Below are positions 19,617 to 30,880 of a DNA stretch of 64,000 nt, in pieces. Where the stretch lies: assembly GCA_036676395.1 (NCBI GenBank), contig JAKFCY010000003.1, positions 448,001 to 512,000 of the forward strand. The letters run 5' to 3'. The number at the start of each line of letters is the position of its first letter. Position 1 is the first letter of the stretch. The notes below the pieces were generated by a model. The model did no database searches. It saw only the letters and a program-made list of their open reading frames with translations, and was not told where the DNA came from. The stretch comes from Bdellovibrio sp. GTDB lineage: Bacteria > Bdellovibrionota > Bdellovibrionia > Bdellovibrionales > Bdellovibrionaceae. The position numbers and the translations under genes are program-made.

Positions 19617-21405
19617 TCATACTCTTCAAGAAATCGGCGTTAGTTTTTGCTTTTTCGATTTTATCCATTAAGAATTCCATCGCATCGACAACATTCATTG
19701 GCGCTAATACTTTACGTAAAATCCAAAGACGAGATAAATCACCTTTATCAATTAGTAAATCTTCTTTACGCGTTCCTGATTTGTTGATGTCCATACAAGG
19801 GAAAATACGTTTTTCCATTAATTTACGATCAAGTTGGATCTCTGAATTACCGGTACCTTTGAATTCCTCAAAAATAACTTCATCCATGCGTGAACCAGTA
19901 TCGATTAATGCTGTCGCGATAATCGTTAATGAACCACCCTCTTCGATATTGCGGGCAGCACCGAAGAAACGTTTTGGTTTGTGTAAGGCATTTGAATCCA
20001 CACCGCCCGATAAGATTTTTCCAGATGGTGGAACTACTGTATTGTAAGCACGAGCTAAACGAGTGATAGAATCTAATAAAATGACAACGTCATGTTTGTG
20101 TTCAACTAAACGTTTTGCTTTTTCTAAAACCATTTCAGCAATTTGTACGTGACGAGTTGGTGGTTCATCGAATGTTGATGAAACAACTTCGCCTTTTACC
20201 GTACGTTGCATATCAGTTACTTCTTCCGGACGCTCATCGATTAATAAAACGATAAGTTTCACTTCAGGGTGATTTGTGCTGATCGCATTTGCGATATTTT
20301 GTAATAAAACTGTTTTACCAGTTTTAGGCGGGGCAACGATAAGACCACGTTGGCCTTTACCGATTGGAGACATTAAATCCACAATACGAGTCGTCATTTC
20401 AGTTTGTTTATTTTCTAACTTAAGCTGTTTGTTAGGATATAACGGCGTCAAATTGTCGAATAAGATTTTATCTTTAGAAGCTTCTGGAGCTTCGTAATTT
20501 AAAGAATCAACTTTGATTAATGCAAAATATCTTTCGCCTTCTTTAGGTACACGTACTGTTCCTGTAACATGATCGCCTGTTCTTAAACCGAACTTGCGCA
20601 TTTGTGACGGAGAAACATAAATATCATCTGGACCCGGTAAATAATTGTAATCCGGAGAACGTAAGAAACCGTAACCATCCGGTAGAATTTCTAAAACGCC
20701 TGATCCAAAAATATCACCTAATCTGGCGCCACGTTTTAAAATTTCGAAAACCATATCTTGGCGGCGCATGCCGGCTGCATTTTCGATTTTTAATTTAGAA
20801 GCTAAATCAGTTAACGCTTGGATGTTTTTTGATTTTAGATCTTTAGAGTTGAACCAGCTTTTTTCTTCGTCAGTTAAATTGATATCTGTGAAATCAATGT
20901 CTTCAACTGGTTGTTGTGAATGCTGATGTTGCTGTTGTTGCATTTGTTGTTCGTCATCACGAGCACCCTGGCTGCCAGGACCACGGTTGTTGTCGCGGTA
21001 ATTACTGCGCTGTTGATTTTGATTATTATAGCGTCCGCCACCTTGGTTTTGATTGTGACGTCCGCCGCCACCACCTTGATTGCGGTTTTGGTTGTTATCA
21101 AATTTTCTGAATTCTCGGCGAGGTTGTTGGTGCTGGCCACCTTGTTGTTGCTGTTGTTGTTGTTGTGCTGCTGCTGCCGGAGTGCCAGCACTTTCGCCTG
21201 CCGTGGCAGCTGGAACCGCTGGTGCAGAGACTTCTTGCGTAGGTGCTGCGGCTTGCGGAGCTGCCGCTTCAGGGGCTTTTGTCGGAGCAGAATCTACAGC
21301 TGGAGTTGGTTCGCTCGATCCAGCGTCACTTGCTGCATCGGCGCTAGTTTTTCTAAACTTTTTCTTAGTAGTAGTAGGTTCTATGACAACTTCTTTTTTA
21401 GCCAA
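19609..21405 (-). CDS. rho: Transcription termination factor Rho with a long low-complexity N-terminal extension
   Basis: [44 protein letters not shown]. Confidence 0.98.
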   Translation of the reverse strand: MAKKEVVIEPTTTKKKFRKTSADAASDAGSSEPTPAVDSAPTKAPEAAAPQAAAPTQEVSAPAVPAATAGESAGTPAAAAQQQQQQQQGGQHQQPRREFRKFDNNQNRNQGGGGGRHNQNQGGGRYNNQNQQRSNYRDNNRGPGSQGARDDEQQMQQQQHQHSQQPVEDIDFTDINLTDEEKSWFNSKDLKSKNIQALTDLASKLKIENAAGMRRQDMVFEILKRGARLGDIFGSGVLEILPDGYGFLRSPDYNYLPGPDDIYVSPSQMRKFGLRTGDHVTGTVRVPKEGERYFALIKVDSLNYEAPEASKDKILFDNLTPLYPNKQLKLENKQTEMTTRIVDLMSPIGKGQRGLIVAPPKTGKTVLLQNIANAISTNHPEVKLIVLLIDERPEEVTDMQRTVKGEVVSSTFDEPPTRHVQIAEMVLEKAKRLVEHKHDVVILLDSITRLARAYNTVVPPSGKILSGGVDSNALHKPKRFFGAARNIEEGGSLTIIATALIDTGSRMDEVIFEEFKGTGNSEIQLDRKLMEKRIFPCMDINKSGTRKEDLLIDKGDLSRLWILRKVLAPMNVVDAMEFLMDKIEKAKTNADFLKSMNG

Positions 21406-21574
21406 TTTGGACTCCTGGAATGTGATTTTTGGATATTTGATTAAATGCGTTTAAATTAAATAAGAATTAATGGAAAAAATATGTGAATGTTTTTAAAATA
21501 TCGCTGTGGGGCTAAATAAAGTCAATCAATTTGAAACACTCGCATTTTTTATCGTTTCAAAATGAGAATTACTC

Positions 21575-21602
21575 TAAATATTTCAAGTACTTAACCCGAT
21601 AA
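21575..21602 (+). promoter_or_regulatory. Possible sigma28 (FliA) promoter of the PilZ gene
   Basis: TAAA-N16-CCCGATAA (spacer one base longer than consensus). Confidence 0.4.
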
Positions 21603-21677
21603 AATCTTACAAGATATGCGGACCACCCGACCTTGAATTTTGGGGTCGAAACCACGTGTCTAAACAAGGAGTATCAA

Positions 21678-22040
21678 GTGGATACAATGACCCCATCGCC
21701 TAGAACGCCGTTACATTTAGATGTAAGTTTTAGAAGAAGTTATGCCAGGCAGGATTCAGTCGCCGTGCTTAGAAATATTAGTTTGTCTGGAGCTTTTTTA
21801 GAATTAGCAAACCACGATTTACGTGTGGATGAAAAAATTAATTTAACGTTCGTGGTTGCACAACGTGAACGTAAAATCACAGCACAAATTGTTTGGAAAA
21901 ACTCTTTGGGTGCGGGTGTAAAGTTCTTGCCGCAAAATAATCGCGACGTGCAAATCGTTGATGATTTAATTTACTTCGTTGAAACAAAACGCATGGGCCA
22001 TCGCGGAATTTTAGATGGTATTTTAAAAAAAGCTGCGTAG
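21678..22040 (+). CDS. PilZ domain protein (non-canonical)
   Basis: NISLSGA and W.....AGVKF motifs; GTG start after AAGGAG; first Arg of RxxxR is absent. Confidence 0.85.
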   Translation: MDTMTPSPRTPLHLDVSFRRSYARQDSVAVLRNISLSGAFLELANHDLRVDEKINLTFVVAQRERKITAQIVWKNSLGAGVKFLPQNNRDVQIVDDLIYFVETKRMGHRGILDGILKKAA

Positions 22041-22066
22041 TTTTAAATTTATAGAATCATAAAAAT

Positions 22067-22107
22067 AAAAAAGGCTTGGGTTTTAAACCAAGCCTTTTTC
22101 TTTTTTT
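22067..22107. terminator. Bidirectional Rho-independent terminator
   Basis: AAAAAGGCTTGG...CCAAGCCTTTTT between convergent genes. Confidence 0.85.
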
Positions 22108-22136
22108 GAGTTTTAATTGTTAGATTAAAGTAAACG

Positions 22137-23672
22137 TTAAGTTCCTAAGCCTTCACCGGCTTGAGCATCATTTGATCTGTAAGCTTGGGCTTTTTTACGT
22201 TTAACCAGAACAAACGCTAAGGCACCGAACAATAAAACCCCAATACCTAACATAGTCATCATATCGTCGCCGCCTTCTGTAGCAACTTCTTCACCTTCCA
22301 TCGCAGGAGCCTTGCTAGGCTTAATTTCTTCTGGTGGCGGAGGCGGAGTTGCAGCAAATTGTGAATCATCTGGCGGTGGCGGCGGTGGCATCGCTGCATC
22401 TAATGCTGGGTCTGTTGGAGGAGCCGTATTAGCTGCGAAAGCATCAGCTGGAGGTGGTGGAAGATCTGCTTGCGCTGGCGGCGGTGGAAGATCATTCATT
22501 GCTGGTTGCGGAGGAGGAGCTATTGCATCTATCGGAGGCGTCGGATTATTTTGTACGATATTTTGAACTGCAGCCTCAGGAGATTGCGGCACTTCAGCAG
22601 AAGCTGTCGTCGTTGGAGGAGTGATTGCAGCAGGTGATTTCCAGTATTTGAATGTTTCACCTTCAGCTAACTTCGTTTTAGATTCGATCGGGTTTGTTGA
22701 CCAAACTTCTTTCCAAGCGTTGTTATAACCTAAAAGTTTTTTAGCAACTTTTCTTAAGTTATCACCTTTTTGCGCCACGTAGGTTTCAGGAATCATTCCA
22801 GTGTCTTCAAAGTATGTGATCGTTTTAGAAGAATCAGTCGGGCGATTCGGAGAAACATAAGCGATTTTATCACCAGCACGGGGAGAACGAGCTTTTAAAA
22901 ATGAGTTAATTTTTTTAAGCTCTTTTGTTTTATCTGAACCGTAAATCGTTTGGCTGATTTGTTTTAACGTTTCTTTTGGATGAGCAATGTAAATTGTATT
23001 TACGTAACCATCACCGAAAGCGTAAGGAACGGCATCAGCAACTTTTTTTAATGAAGTTGTTCCGGCACCAGTTGGTTTAGCATCCGCTAAAACCGGAGTA
23101 GGTTCTGCAGGAGCTTCAATTGAAGCAGCCGGAGGAGCCATTGCCGTGGCAGGTGGATCTTGCGGTGTCTCAGTAGGAGTCTCGGTAGGCGTTTCATTCA
23201 TCGCAGTTGATAAGCTATCATCTGTAGGGGCTAAAGCATTCGGATCATCAAGACTCATATCTTGAGGAGGCAAATCGCTGGCTGCTAAAGAATCTGCTGG
23301 AACTTCAGCCGGCACATCAGAAGGCGGAGCATCTAAAGAGCTTTCATCTAATGTTGGGGCAGCTGCGATATCTGCAGGTGGAGGATCTTGCGGTACTGAA
23401 TCCAGAGATAAATTATCACTCGATGCCATTGCATCAGTAGATGTTTCACCTAAGGCTGCTTCTAACGAACTATCGGTTGATAAGTTTTCTGATGGAGCTG
23501 TGCCGTCTAAAGCTTGTGAACTACCATCATCTAATGAAGGTTCTTCGGCTTCGATTTTGTCGACATCTGCGTTTTCAACAAACTCAGCATCATCTTGAGC
23601 TTTGTTCGCTGTACATGCAGAGAATTGTCCCATTAGGCCAAGTGTGGCTAAAACTAGTAACAGTTTTTTCAT
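22137..23672 (-). CDS. Acidic/Pro-rich LysM-like lipoprotein with a C-terminal TM anchor
   Basis: Lipobox FSAC; two LysM-like units (YIAHPKETLKQIS, YVAQKGDNLRKVA); poly-Pro; C-terminal hydrophobic helix followed by KRKK. Confidence 0.75.
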   Translation of the reverse strand: MKKLLLVLATLGLMGQFSACTANKAQDDAEFVENADVDKIEAEEPSLDDGSSQALDGTAPSENLSTDSSLEAALGETSTDAMASSDNLSLDSVPQDPPPADIAAAPTLDESSLDAPPSDVPAEVPADSLAASDLPPQDMSLDDPNALAPTDDSLSTAMNETPTETPTETPQDPPATAMAPPAASIEAPAEPTPVLADAKPTGAGTTSLKKVADAVPYAFGDGYVNTIYIAHPKETLKQISQTIYGSDKTKELKKINSFLKARSPRAGDKIAYVSPNRPTDSSKTITYFEDTGMIPETYVAQKGDNLRKVAKKLLGYNNAWKEVWSTNPIESKTKLAEGETFKYWKSPAAITPPTTTASAEVPQSPEAAVQNIVQNNPTPPIDAIAPPPQPAMNDLPPPPAQADLPPPPADAFAANTAPPTDPALDAAMPPPPPPDDSQFAATPPPPPEEIKPSKAPAMEGEEVATEGGDDMMTMLGIGVLLFGALAFVLVKRKKAQAYRSNDAQAGEGLGT

Positions 23673-23856
23673 AATTTATCCTCATCCTTGAAAATAATTG
23701 TGACGGTAAAGTCTTTACTTTCTTACCATATCATTACAACACACAGAATGTGTCGCAGCAAAGTAGATGTATTGATCAGACTTAAAGCTGGACTTGACGA
23801 AAGTTCTTGTTGAAAAACGAAATCACGACCAGTGCAAGACTTAGGTCTCGAAATGG

Positions 23857-24321
23857 TTACTGAGTTCGAGGTAATCTTAACAAGTCCCCGATTTTAATAC
23901 GATTTTTTGTAAACCAACCCTGATTCATCTCTAACGCGTACATTGCGGGTTTTGAACTTGGGTAAGATGGATAACTGGTTTGTAGCGAAGAAGTTGCTTT
24001 CATATCTATAATGTCGATAATTTTTTTATCTTTACCGATGTAAGCAATACTTAAATCAAGATAGGTATTCTTCATCCAAAAACTCAAAGGTTGCTCGTTT
24101 TCAAAAATAAACAACATACCACTATCAGCAGGCATTTTTTCGCGAAACATTAAGCCGTGTGCTTGCTGCTCGCGAGTTTTCGCTATTTCAACAGTGATTT
24201 TCTTCGCACCGATTTGTATTTGTTGTTTCGCGAATTTATATTTTGGCGTAGTTGCAAATGCTTGAAACGAAAAAATTAAACTAAGTATTAAAACGTTTCG
24301 CCAATTCAAGTGCGACACCAT
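23857..24321 (-). CDS. DUF192 family protein
   Basis: GLMFR, GMLFIF, FWMKNT, ALEMNQG; exact start uncertain. Confidence 0.92.
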   Translation of the reverse strand: MVSHLNWRNVLILSLIFSFQAFATTPKYKFAKQQIQIGAKKITVEIAKTREQQAHGLMFREKMPADSGMLFIFENEQPLSFWMKNTYLDLSIAYIGKDKKIIDIIDMKATSSLQTSYPSYPSSKPAMYALEMNQGWFTKNRIKIGDLLRLPRTQ

Positions 24322-25192
24322 AACGAACCCCTCGCGTTGAGACAGTTAACTTAGATAGGTTAAAAGCTTTTAGGGTTTCAAGTAAAGTGATAACACCAAC
24401 AATGATCACATCAGCACGACCTTCGGGATAGCCGATTTGAATTTTTTCAGCCACTGACATGTTGGTTAACTTATCTAGCCAGGTCTGAAGGCCTTGCTCG
24501 GTCAGCTCGTAACCATCAATTTTTGCGGCATCGAAATAACCGATTTCAACTTGCGCAATTGTTGTCGGAGTTCCGGCAACGGCTAGAATTTCTTGTGGCG
24601 AGTGCGGGGCTAATTTAATAATTTGTTGCAACTGCTGGCGAATAAATTCTTGCAGCGCTGTAATTTCGTGTTGGGGTGTTGGTTGCGCAGAAATAAATTT
24701 TTCTGTTAAACGTACACAGCCGATGTCTAAACTTTTTCCGGCAAGAATTTTTTGATCTTCGCCGAAAATAAATTCAGTTGATCCCCCACCGATGTCTAAT
24801 ACCAAACGGGTGTTCGCTGAACGCATTCCAGAAACAGCACCACGATAAGTGATTTCTGCTTCTTTATCGCCGGGAATAATTTCTAGCGGGATATTTAAAT
24901 CTTTGCAGATTTTAAAAAGTTCTTCTTGGTTTTCGGCATCACGTGCTGCTGAAGTTGCCATGGCTAGAATAGCTTGTGGTTTTTCGCGGTCTAAAGTTTT
25001 TCTGAAATTTGTAAGAGTGTTTTTTGCTCTCACAAGAGCATCGGGGTGAAATTTTTTGCTGGCTGATAAACCCTGGCCAAGCCTAACCATCTCGACTTCG
25101 TCAGAATAAATTTTCGTGACCTTCTGATTTTCAATTTCAGAAACAAGACACAAAAATGTATTTGAACCTAAATCAAGGCTGGCTAATTTCAT
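24281..25192 (-). CDS. ppx: Ppx/GppA phosphatase family protein (short form)
   Basis: DLGSNT, ATSAARDA, DIGGGSTE, RADVI motifs. Confidence 0.93.
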   Translation of the reverse strand: MKLASLDLGSNTFLCLVSEIENQKVTKIYSDEVEMVRLGQGLSASKKFHPDALVRAKNTLTNFRKTLDREKPQAILAMATSAARDAENQEELFKICKDLNIPLEIIPGDKEAEITYRGAVSGMRSANTRLVLDIGGGSTEFIFGEDQKILAGKSLDIGCVRLTEKFISAQPTPQHEITALQEFIRQQLQQIIKLAPHSPQEILAVAGTPTTIAQVEIGYFDAAKIDGYELTEQGLQTWLDKLTNMSVAEKIQIGYPEGRADVIIVGVITLLETLKAFNLSKLTVSTRGVRYGVALELAKRFNT

Positions 25193-26649
25193 TATTCACT
25201 CAACTTCTTCATTAAAATTTCATTCACAATGGCAGGATTGGCTTTGCCTTTTGAGGCTTTCATAATTGCGCCAACAAAAAATCCGATCACTTTATCTTTA
25301 CCAGCTTTAAACTCGGCAACCTGGCCAGGATTTGCAGCAACGACGTCAGCTACAATTTTTTCAATCTCGCCAACATCTGAAACTTGCACTAAGCCTTTTG
25401 CTTTGATGATATCGCCAGCGGTTCCGCCGGTGTCCCACATTTCTTTAAAAACGACTTTTGCAATTTTTCCAGAAATAGTGCCTTGATCAATTTGTTTAAT
25501 CAGATCAGCAAAGTTTTGCGCAGAAATTTTTGAATTTTGTGCAGTTAGTTTATTCTCATTCAGTTCGCGTAATAATTCTGAGATAATCCAGTTTGCTGCC
25601 GCTTTATAATTGCCGCAGGCTTTACCACACGCTTCAAAATAATCTGATAATTCACGCTCTTCAGTCAGTAGGTGGGCATCACTTGTAGACAGGTGCAGAT
25701 CTTTCACAAAACGAGCCGCACGTTGTAACGGAAGTTCAGGCAATGATTTTTTAACTAATGCCAATTGTTCATCAGTAACGATAACCGGTAAAATATCTGG
25801 ATCAGGAAAATATCTGTAATCTTGCGCATCTTCTTTTACACGCATTGTGAACGTGCGGTTTTTATCTGGATCATACAATCTAGTTTCTTGCACAATTTTT
25901 TCTGAATTTTCGATCGCATCTATTTGGCGGTGAATCTCGTATTCAACAGCTTTTTCCACAAAACGAAACGAGTTAATATTTTTTAATTCAACTTTAGTTC
26001 CGAATTTTGTTTCGCCCACTTTGCGAACTGAAACGTTGCAATCACAACGAAGTGAACCTTCTTCTAAATTGCCATCACACACATCTAAGTAACGAACTAC
26101 CGAACGAATAGTACGACAGTATTCAGCCGCCTCTTGTGGCGAATGCATTTCTGGCTCAGAAACAATTTCAAGTAAGGGAATACCTGCGCGATTATAATTA
26201 AGTAAAGTGTATTGGCCAAAGTGAGTTGATTTACCCGCGTCTTCTTCTAAGTGCGCGCGCGTAATGCCTACAGTTTTAGTTTTGCCTTCAACTTCAAATT
26301 GGATCGAACCATGTTCGCAAATCGGTTCATCGTACTGAGAAATTTGGTAACCTTTAGGCAGATCGGGATAAAAATAATTTTTACGCGAGAAAACTGATTT
26401 CTTACGAATATTGCAACCTAAAGCTAAGCCAGTGCGAATAGCGTACTCGACCGCTTTTTTATTTAACACCGGTAGGGTGCCAGGCATGCCGACGCTGACT
26501 GGGGATGTGTTTTCATTGTCTGCAGAATCAAAATTAGTCGCATCAGAAGAAAATATTTTTGATTCGGTTTTAAGTTGCACATGCACTTCAATACCGATGA
26601 TGGCCTCAAAACCGCGATAGGAAACTATAGTAGTATTATTAATAGACAC
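25192..26649 (-). CDS. gatB: Asp/Glu-tRNA amidotransferase subunit B
   Basis: IGIEVHVQL, RKNYFYPDLPKGYQISQ, DYRYFPDPD. Confidence 0.98.
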   Translation of the reverse strand: MSINNTTIVSYRGFEAIIGIEVHVQLKTESKIFSSDATNFDSADNENTSPVSVGMPGTLPVLNKKAVEYAIRTGLALGCNIRKKSVFSRKNYFYPDLPKGYQISQYDEPICEHGSIQFEVEGKTKTVGITRAHLEEDAGKSTHFGQYTLLNYNRAGIPLLEIVSEPEMHSPQEAAEYCRTIRSVVRYLDVCDGNLEEGSLRCDCNVSVRKVGETKFGTKVELKNINSFRFVEKAVEYEIHRQIDAIENSEKIVQETRLYDPDKNRTFTMRVKEDAQDYRYFPDPDILPVIVTDEQLALVKKSLPELPLQRAARFVKDLHLSTSDAHLLTEERELSDYFEACGKACGNYKAAANWIISELLRELNENKLTAQNSKISAQNFADLIKQIDQGTISGKIAKVVFKEMWDTGGTAGDIIKAKGLVQVSDVGEIEKIVADVVAANPGQVAEFKAGKDKVIGFFVGAIMKASKGKANPAIVNEILMKKLSE

Positions 26650-28114
26650 TTGGAGTTTTTCCTTTCACGGGAGAGTTTTGTTCTAAAGCGTAAGCTACGT
26701 TTAGAATTTTTTGCTCTTGAAAATGATGTCCAGTTAATTGAATACCAATAGGTAAACCATCGCTGGTTAAGCCAAACGGTACACTCATGCCAGGAAGACC
26801 GGCTAAGTTTGTTGAAGTTGTAAAGATGTCGTTTAAGTACATTTTTAACGGATCATAAACGCGGGTTCCGATTTTAAATGTCGGAGTAGTTGAAACTGGA
26901 GAAATAATCGCATCACATTTAGCGAAGGCTTCGTCATACTGGTTACGTAAAAGTCTGCGCACCTGGCAGGCCTTGTTGTAATAAGCATCAAAGTATCCAG
27001 ATGATAAACAAAATGTTCCTAAGATAATTCGGCGTTTAACTTCTTTACCAAAACCTTCAGCGCGCGTTTGTGCGTAGAATTCATCAAGCGGTAAGCCAGA
27101 TAAGTCTTTAAAATCTGAACGATAACCGTATTTCACACCATCATAGCGTGCTAAATTTGACGACGCTTCGGAAGCAGAAATTAAATAATACATTGATACC
27201 GCATATTTAGTTAACGGGATTGAGACTTCGACAAATTCTGCACCTAAAGATTTTAAAGTCTCTAGTGCTTGTTCGTAAGTTTTACGAATGTCAGGGTGAA
27301 CTAATTCGGAATTGTGATATTCTTTCACGATTCCGATTTTTTTACCCTTCAGGTCTGCTGACAAGTTTTTACTGAAAGCTTCAACAGGTTTTGCCGATGT
27401 TGTTCCGTCTAATTCGTCTTGGCCAGCGATCACTTCTAGAGTCAGTGCTGCATCTTGCACAGATGATACCATTGGGCCCGCTTGATCAAGCGAAGATGCA
27501 AAGGCCACGATACCGTAACGACTAACACGTCCATAAGTTGGTTTGATTCCTACAACACCACAAAAACTTGAAGGTTGGCGAATTGATCCACCAGTGTCTG
27601 TGCCGATTGTTCCCATCACTAAACGTGATGCTTGCGCGCTGGCAGAACCACCGCTGCTTCCGCCTGGAACATATTCTGGATTCCACGGGTTTCGACAAAC
27701 ACCATGAAAAGAACTTTCATTGCTTGAACCCATCGCAAATTCATCTAGATTTAATTTTCCGACGATTGTTGCACCTGCGTTTTTTAAACGCGCAACCACT
27801 GTGGAATCATACGGCGGAACAAAACCAGTTAACATTTTGGATGCAGCTGTGGTTTCGATACCTTTGGTGCATAATAAATCTTTAATTCCAAATGGCACGC
27901 CGGCTAATACGCCAACATTTTCACCTTTGGCAATTTTTTGATCGATGTTTTCAGCTTGTTTTACACAGTCTGGATTTAATTTAATAAAAGCATTAAGCGA
28001 CGGATTTAGTTTTTCAGCGCGGTTTAAAAAATATTTTGTCACTTCAGCTGCTGAAATTTTTTTCTCAGCAATCGCTTTACGTGTTTCTGACATTGAGGCT
28101 GTTAGTAAATCCAT
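26639..28114 (-). CDS. gatA: Asp/Glu-tRNA amidotransferase subunit A
   Basis: Amidase signature PGGSSGGS, GTDTGGSIRQP; EVKRRI. Confidence 0.98.
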   Translation of the reverse strand: MDLLTASMSETRKAIAEKKISAAEVTKYFLNRAEKLNPSLNAFIKLNPDCVKQAENIDQKIAKGENVGVLAGVPFGIKDLLCTKGIETTAASKMLTGFVPPYDSTVVARLKNAGATIVGKLNLDEFAMGSSNESSFHGVCRNPWNPEYVPGGSSGGSASAQASRLVMGTIGTDTGGSIRQPSSFCGVVGIKPTYGRVSRYGIVAFASSLDQAGPMVSSVQDAALTLEVIAGQDELDGTTSAKPVEAFSKNLSADLKGKKIGIVKEYHNSELVHPDIRKTYEQALETLKSLGAEFVEVSIPLTKYAVSMYYLISASEASSNLARYDGVKYGYRSDFKDLSGLPLDEFYAQTRAEGFGKEVKRRIILGTFCLSSGYFDAYYNKACQVRRLLRNQYDEAFAKCDAIISPVSTTPTFKIGTRVYDPLKMYLNDIFTTSTNLAGLPGMSVPFGLTSDGLPIGIQLTGHHFQEQKILNVAYALEQNSPVKGKTPSVY

Positions 28115-28116
28115 GA

Positions 28117-28422
28117 TTAGACCACCGGCGGAACTTTAAAAAGGTTACCCTGTTTTTCAGGAGCGTTGGCCACCATGTCTTCTGCTTTGAAATTTTGTTT
28201 AGCAACATCTTCACGTGTTGAATATTCAATTTCAGATGGAGTGATCAAAGGTTCGATCCCTTGAGTATCGATATTTGAAATTTCATCAAAGTGGATAATA
28301 ATTTTTGAAAGTTGTTCGCTGAATTCATTCGCCTCTTCTGGTGAAAGTCGAAGCCGGGCTAAATTAGCTATTTTTTGAATCACATCTTTATTAAATTTGT
28401 CTGAAGGCTGATTGTTTGACAT
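28117..28422 (-). CDS. gatC: Asp/Glu-tRNA amidotransferase subunit C
   Basis: IANLARL, REDV, NAPE...FKVP; start set at MSNNQ after AAGGA. Confidence 0.95.
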   Translation of the reverse strand: MSNNQPSDKFNKDVIQKIANLARLRLSPEEANEFSEQLSKIIIHFDEISNIDTQGIEPLITPSEIEYSTREDVAKQNFKAEDMVANAPEKQGNLFKVPPVV

Positions 28423-28477
28423 GGCCATCCTTTGTCGAAAACAATATAGCGAAAACAGCCTTGTTATGGTAGCGTAA

Positions 28478-30491
<2,014 letters not shown>

Positions 30492-30493
<2 letters not shown>

Positions 30494-30521
30494 AAAAGCC
30501 GAAGTAAACTTCGGCATTTTT
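30492..30521. terminator. Bidirectional terminator between ligA and the histone gene
   Basis: AAAAAA-GCCGAAG-taaa-CTTCGGC-ATTTTT. Confidence 0.85.
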
Positions 30522-30546
30522 ATATTCTTAAAATTTAAGAATTAAA

Positions 30547-30744
30547 CTAGATATGGTCGATAACAATATCACGAGCCATAACTGTTTTGCGGCCATCAGC
30601 TTTTGCTGATTCAATGCCTTTTGCACAAAGACGTTCAACGGCTTTAGTTAACATGTCGATAGTTTCGGCAGAGGTATTCATTTGGCCTTTTTCTTTGATG
30701 TATTTTTTTACTTTGCTTGTAACCACTAAGATATCGTCAGACAT
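30547..30744 (-). CDS. Bacterial histone-fold protein (Bd0055 ortholog)
   Basis: LVVTSKVKKYIKEKGQMNTSAET...AKADGRKTVMARD, with the histone RKTV..RD motif; near-identical to my recollection of B. bacteriovorus Bd0055; GGAGG RBS before 30744. Confidence 0.93.
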   Translation of the reverse strand: MSDDILVVTSKVKKYIKEKGQMNTSAETIDMLTKAVERLCAKGIESAKADGRKTVMARDIVIDHI

Positions 30745-30880
30745 GATTGCCTCCAATTAAATGAAATTTAACTTACCTTAAAATGCTTACATACGATCTG
30801 GCGACTGACAAATAGTTTAAAACGCATTAGAGGATTCTTGTGCACTGCGCTATAAAAATAGGCAACAGCTAGGCACTCAG

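Noticed and set aside
20874..21454. Poly-Cys, poly-Leu and poly-Asn ORFs in other frames
   Set aside because: These are alternative readings of the CAA/CAG-rich Rho extension.
22312..22566. Gly-rich ORF on the + strand
   Set aside because: Antisense shadow of the poly-Pro codons of the LysM lipoprotein.
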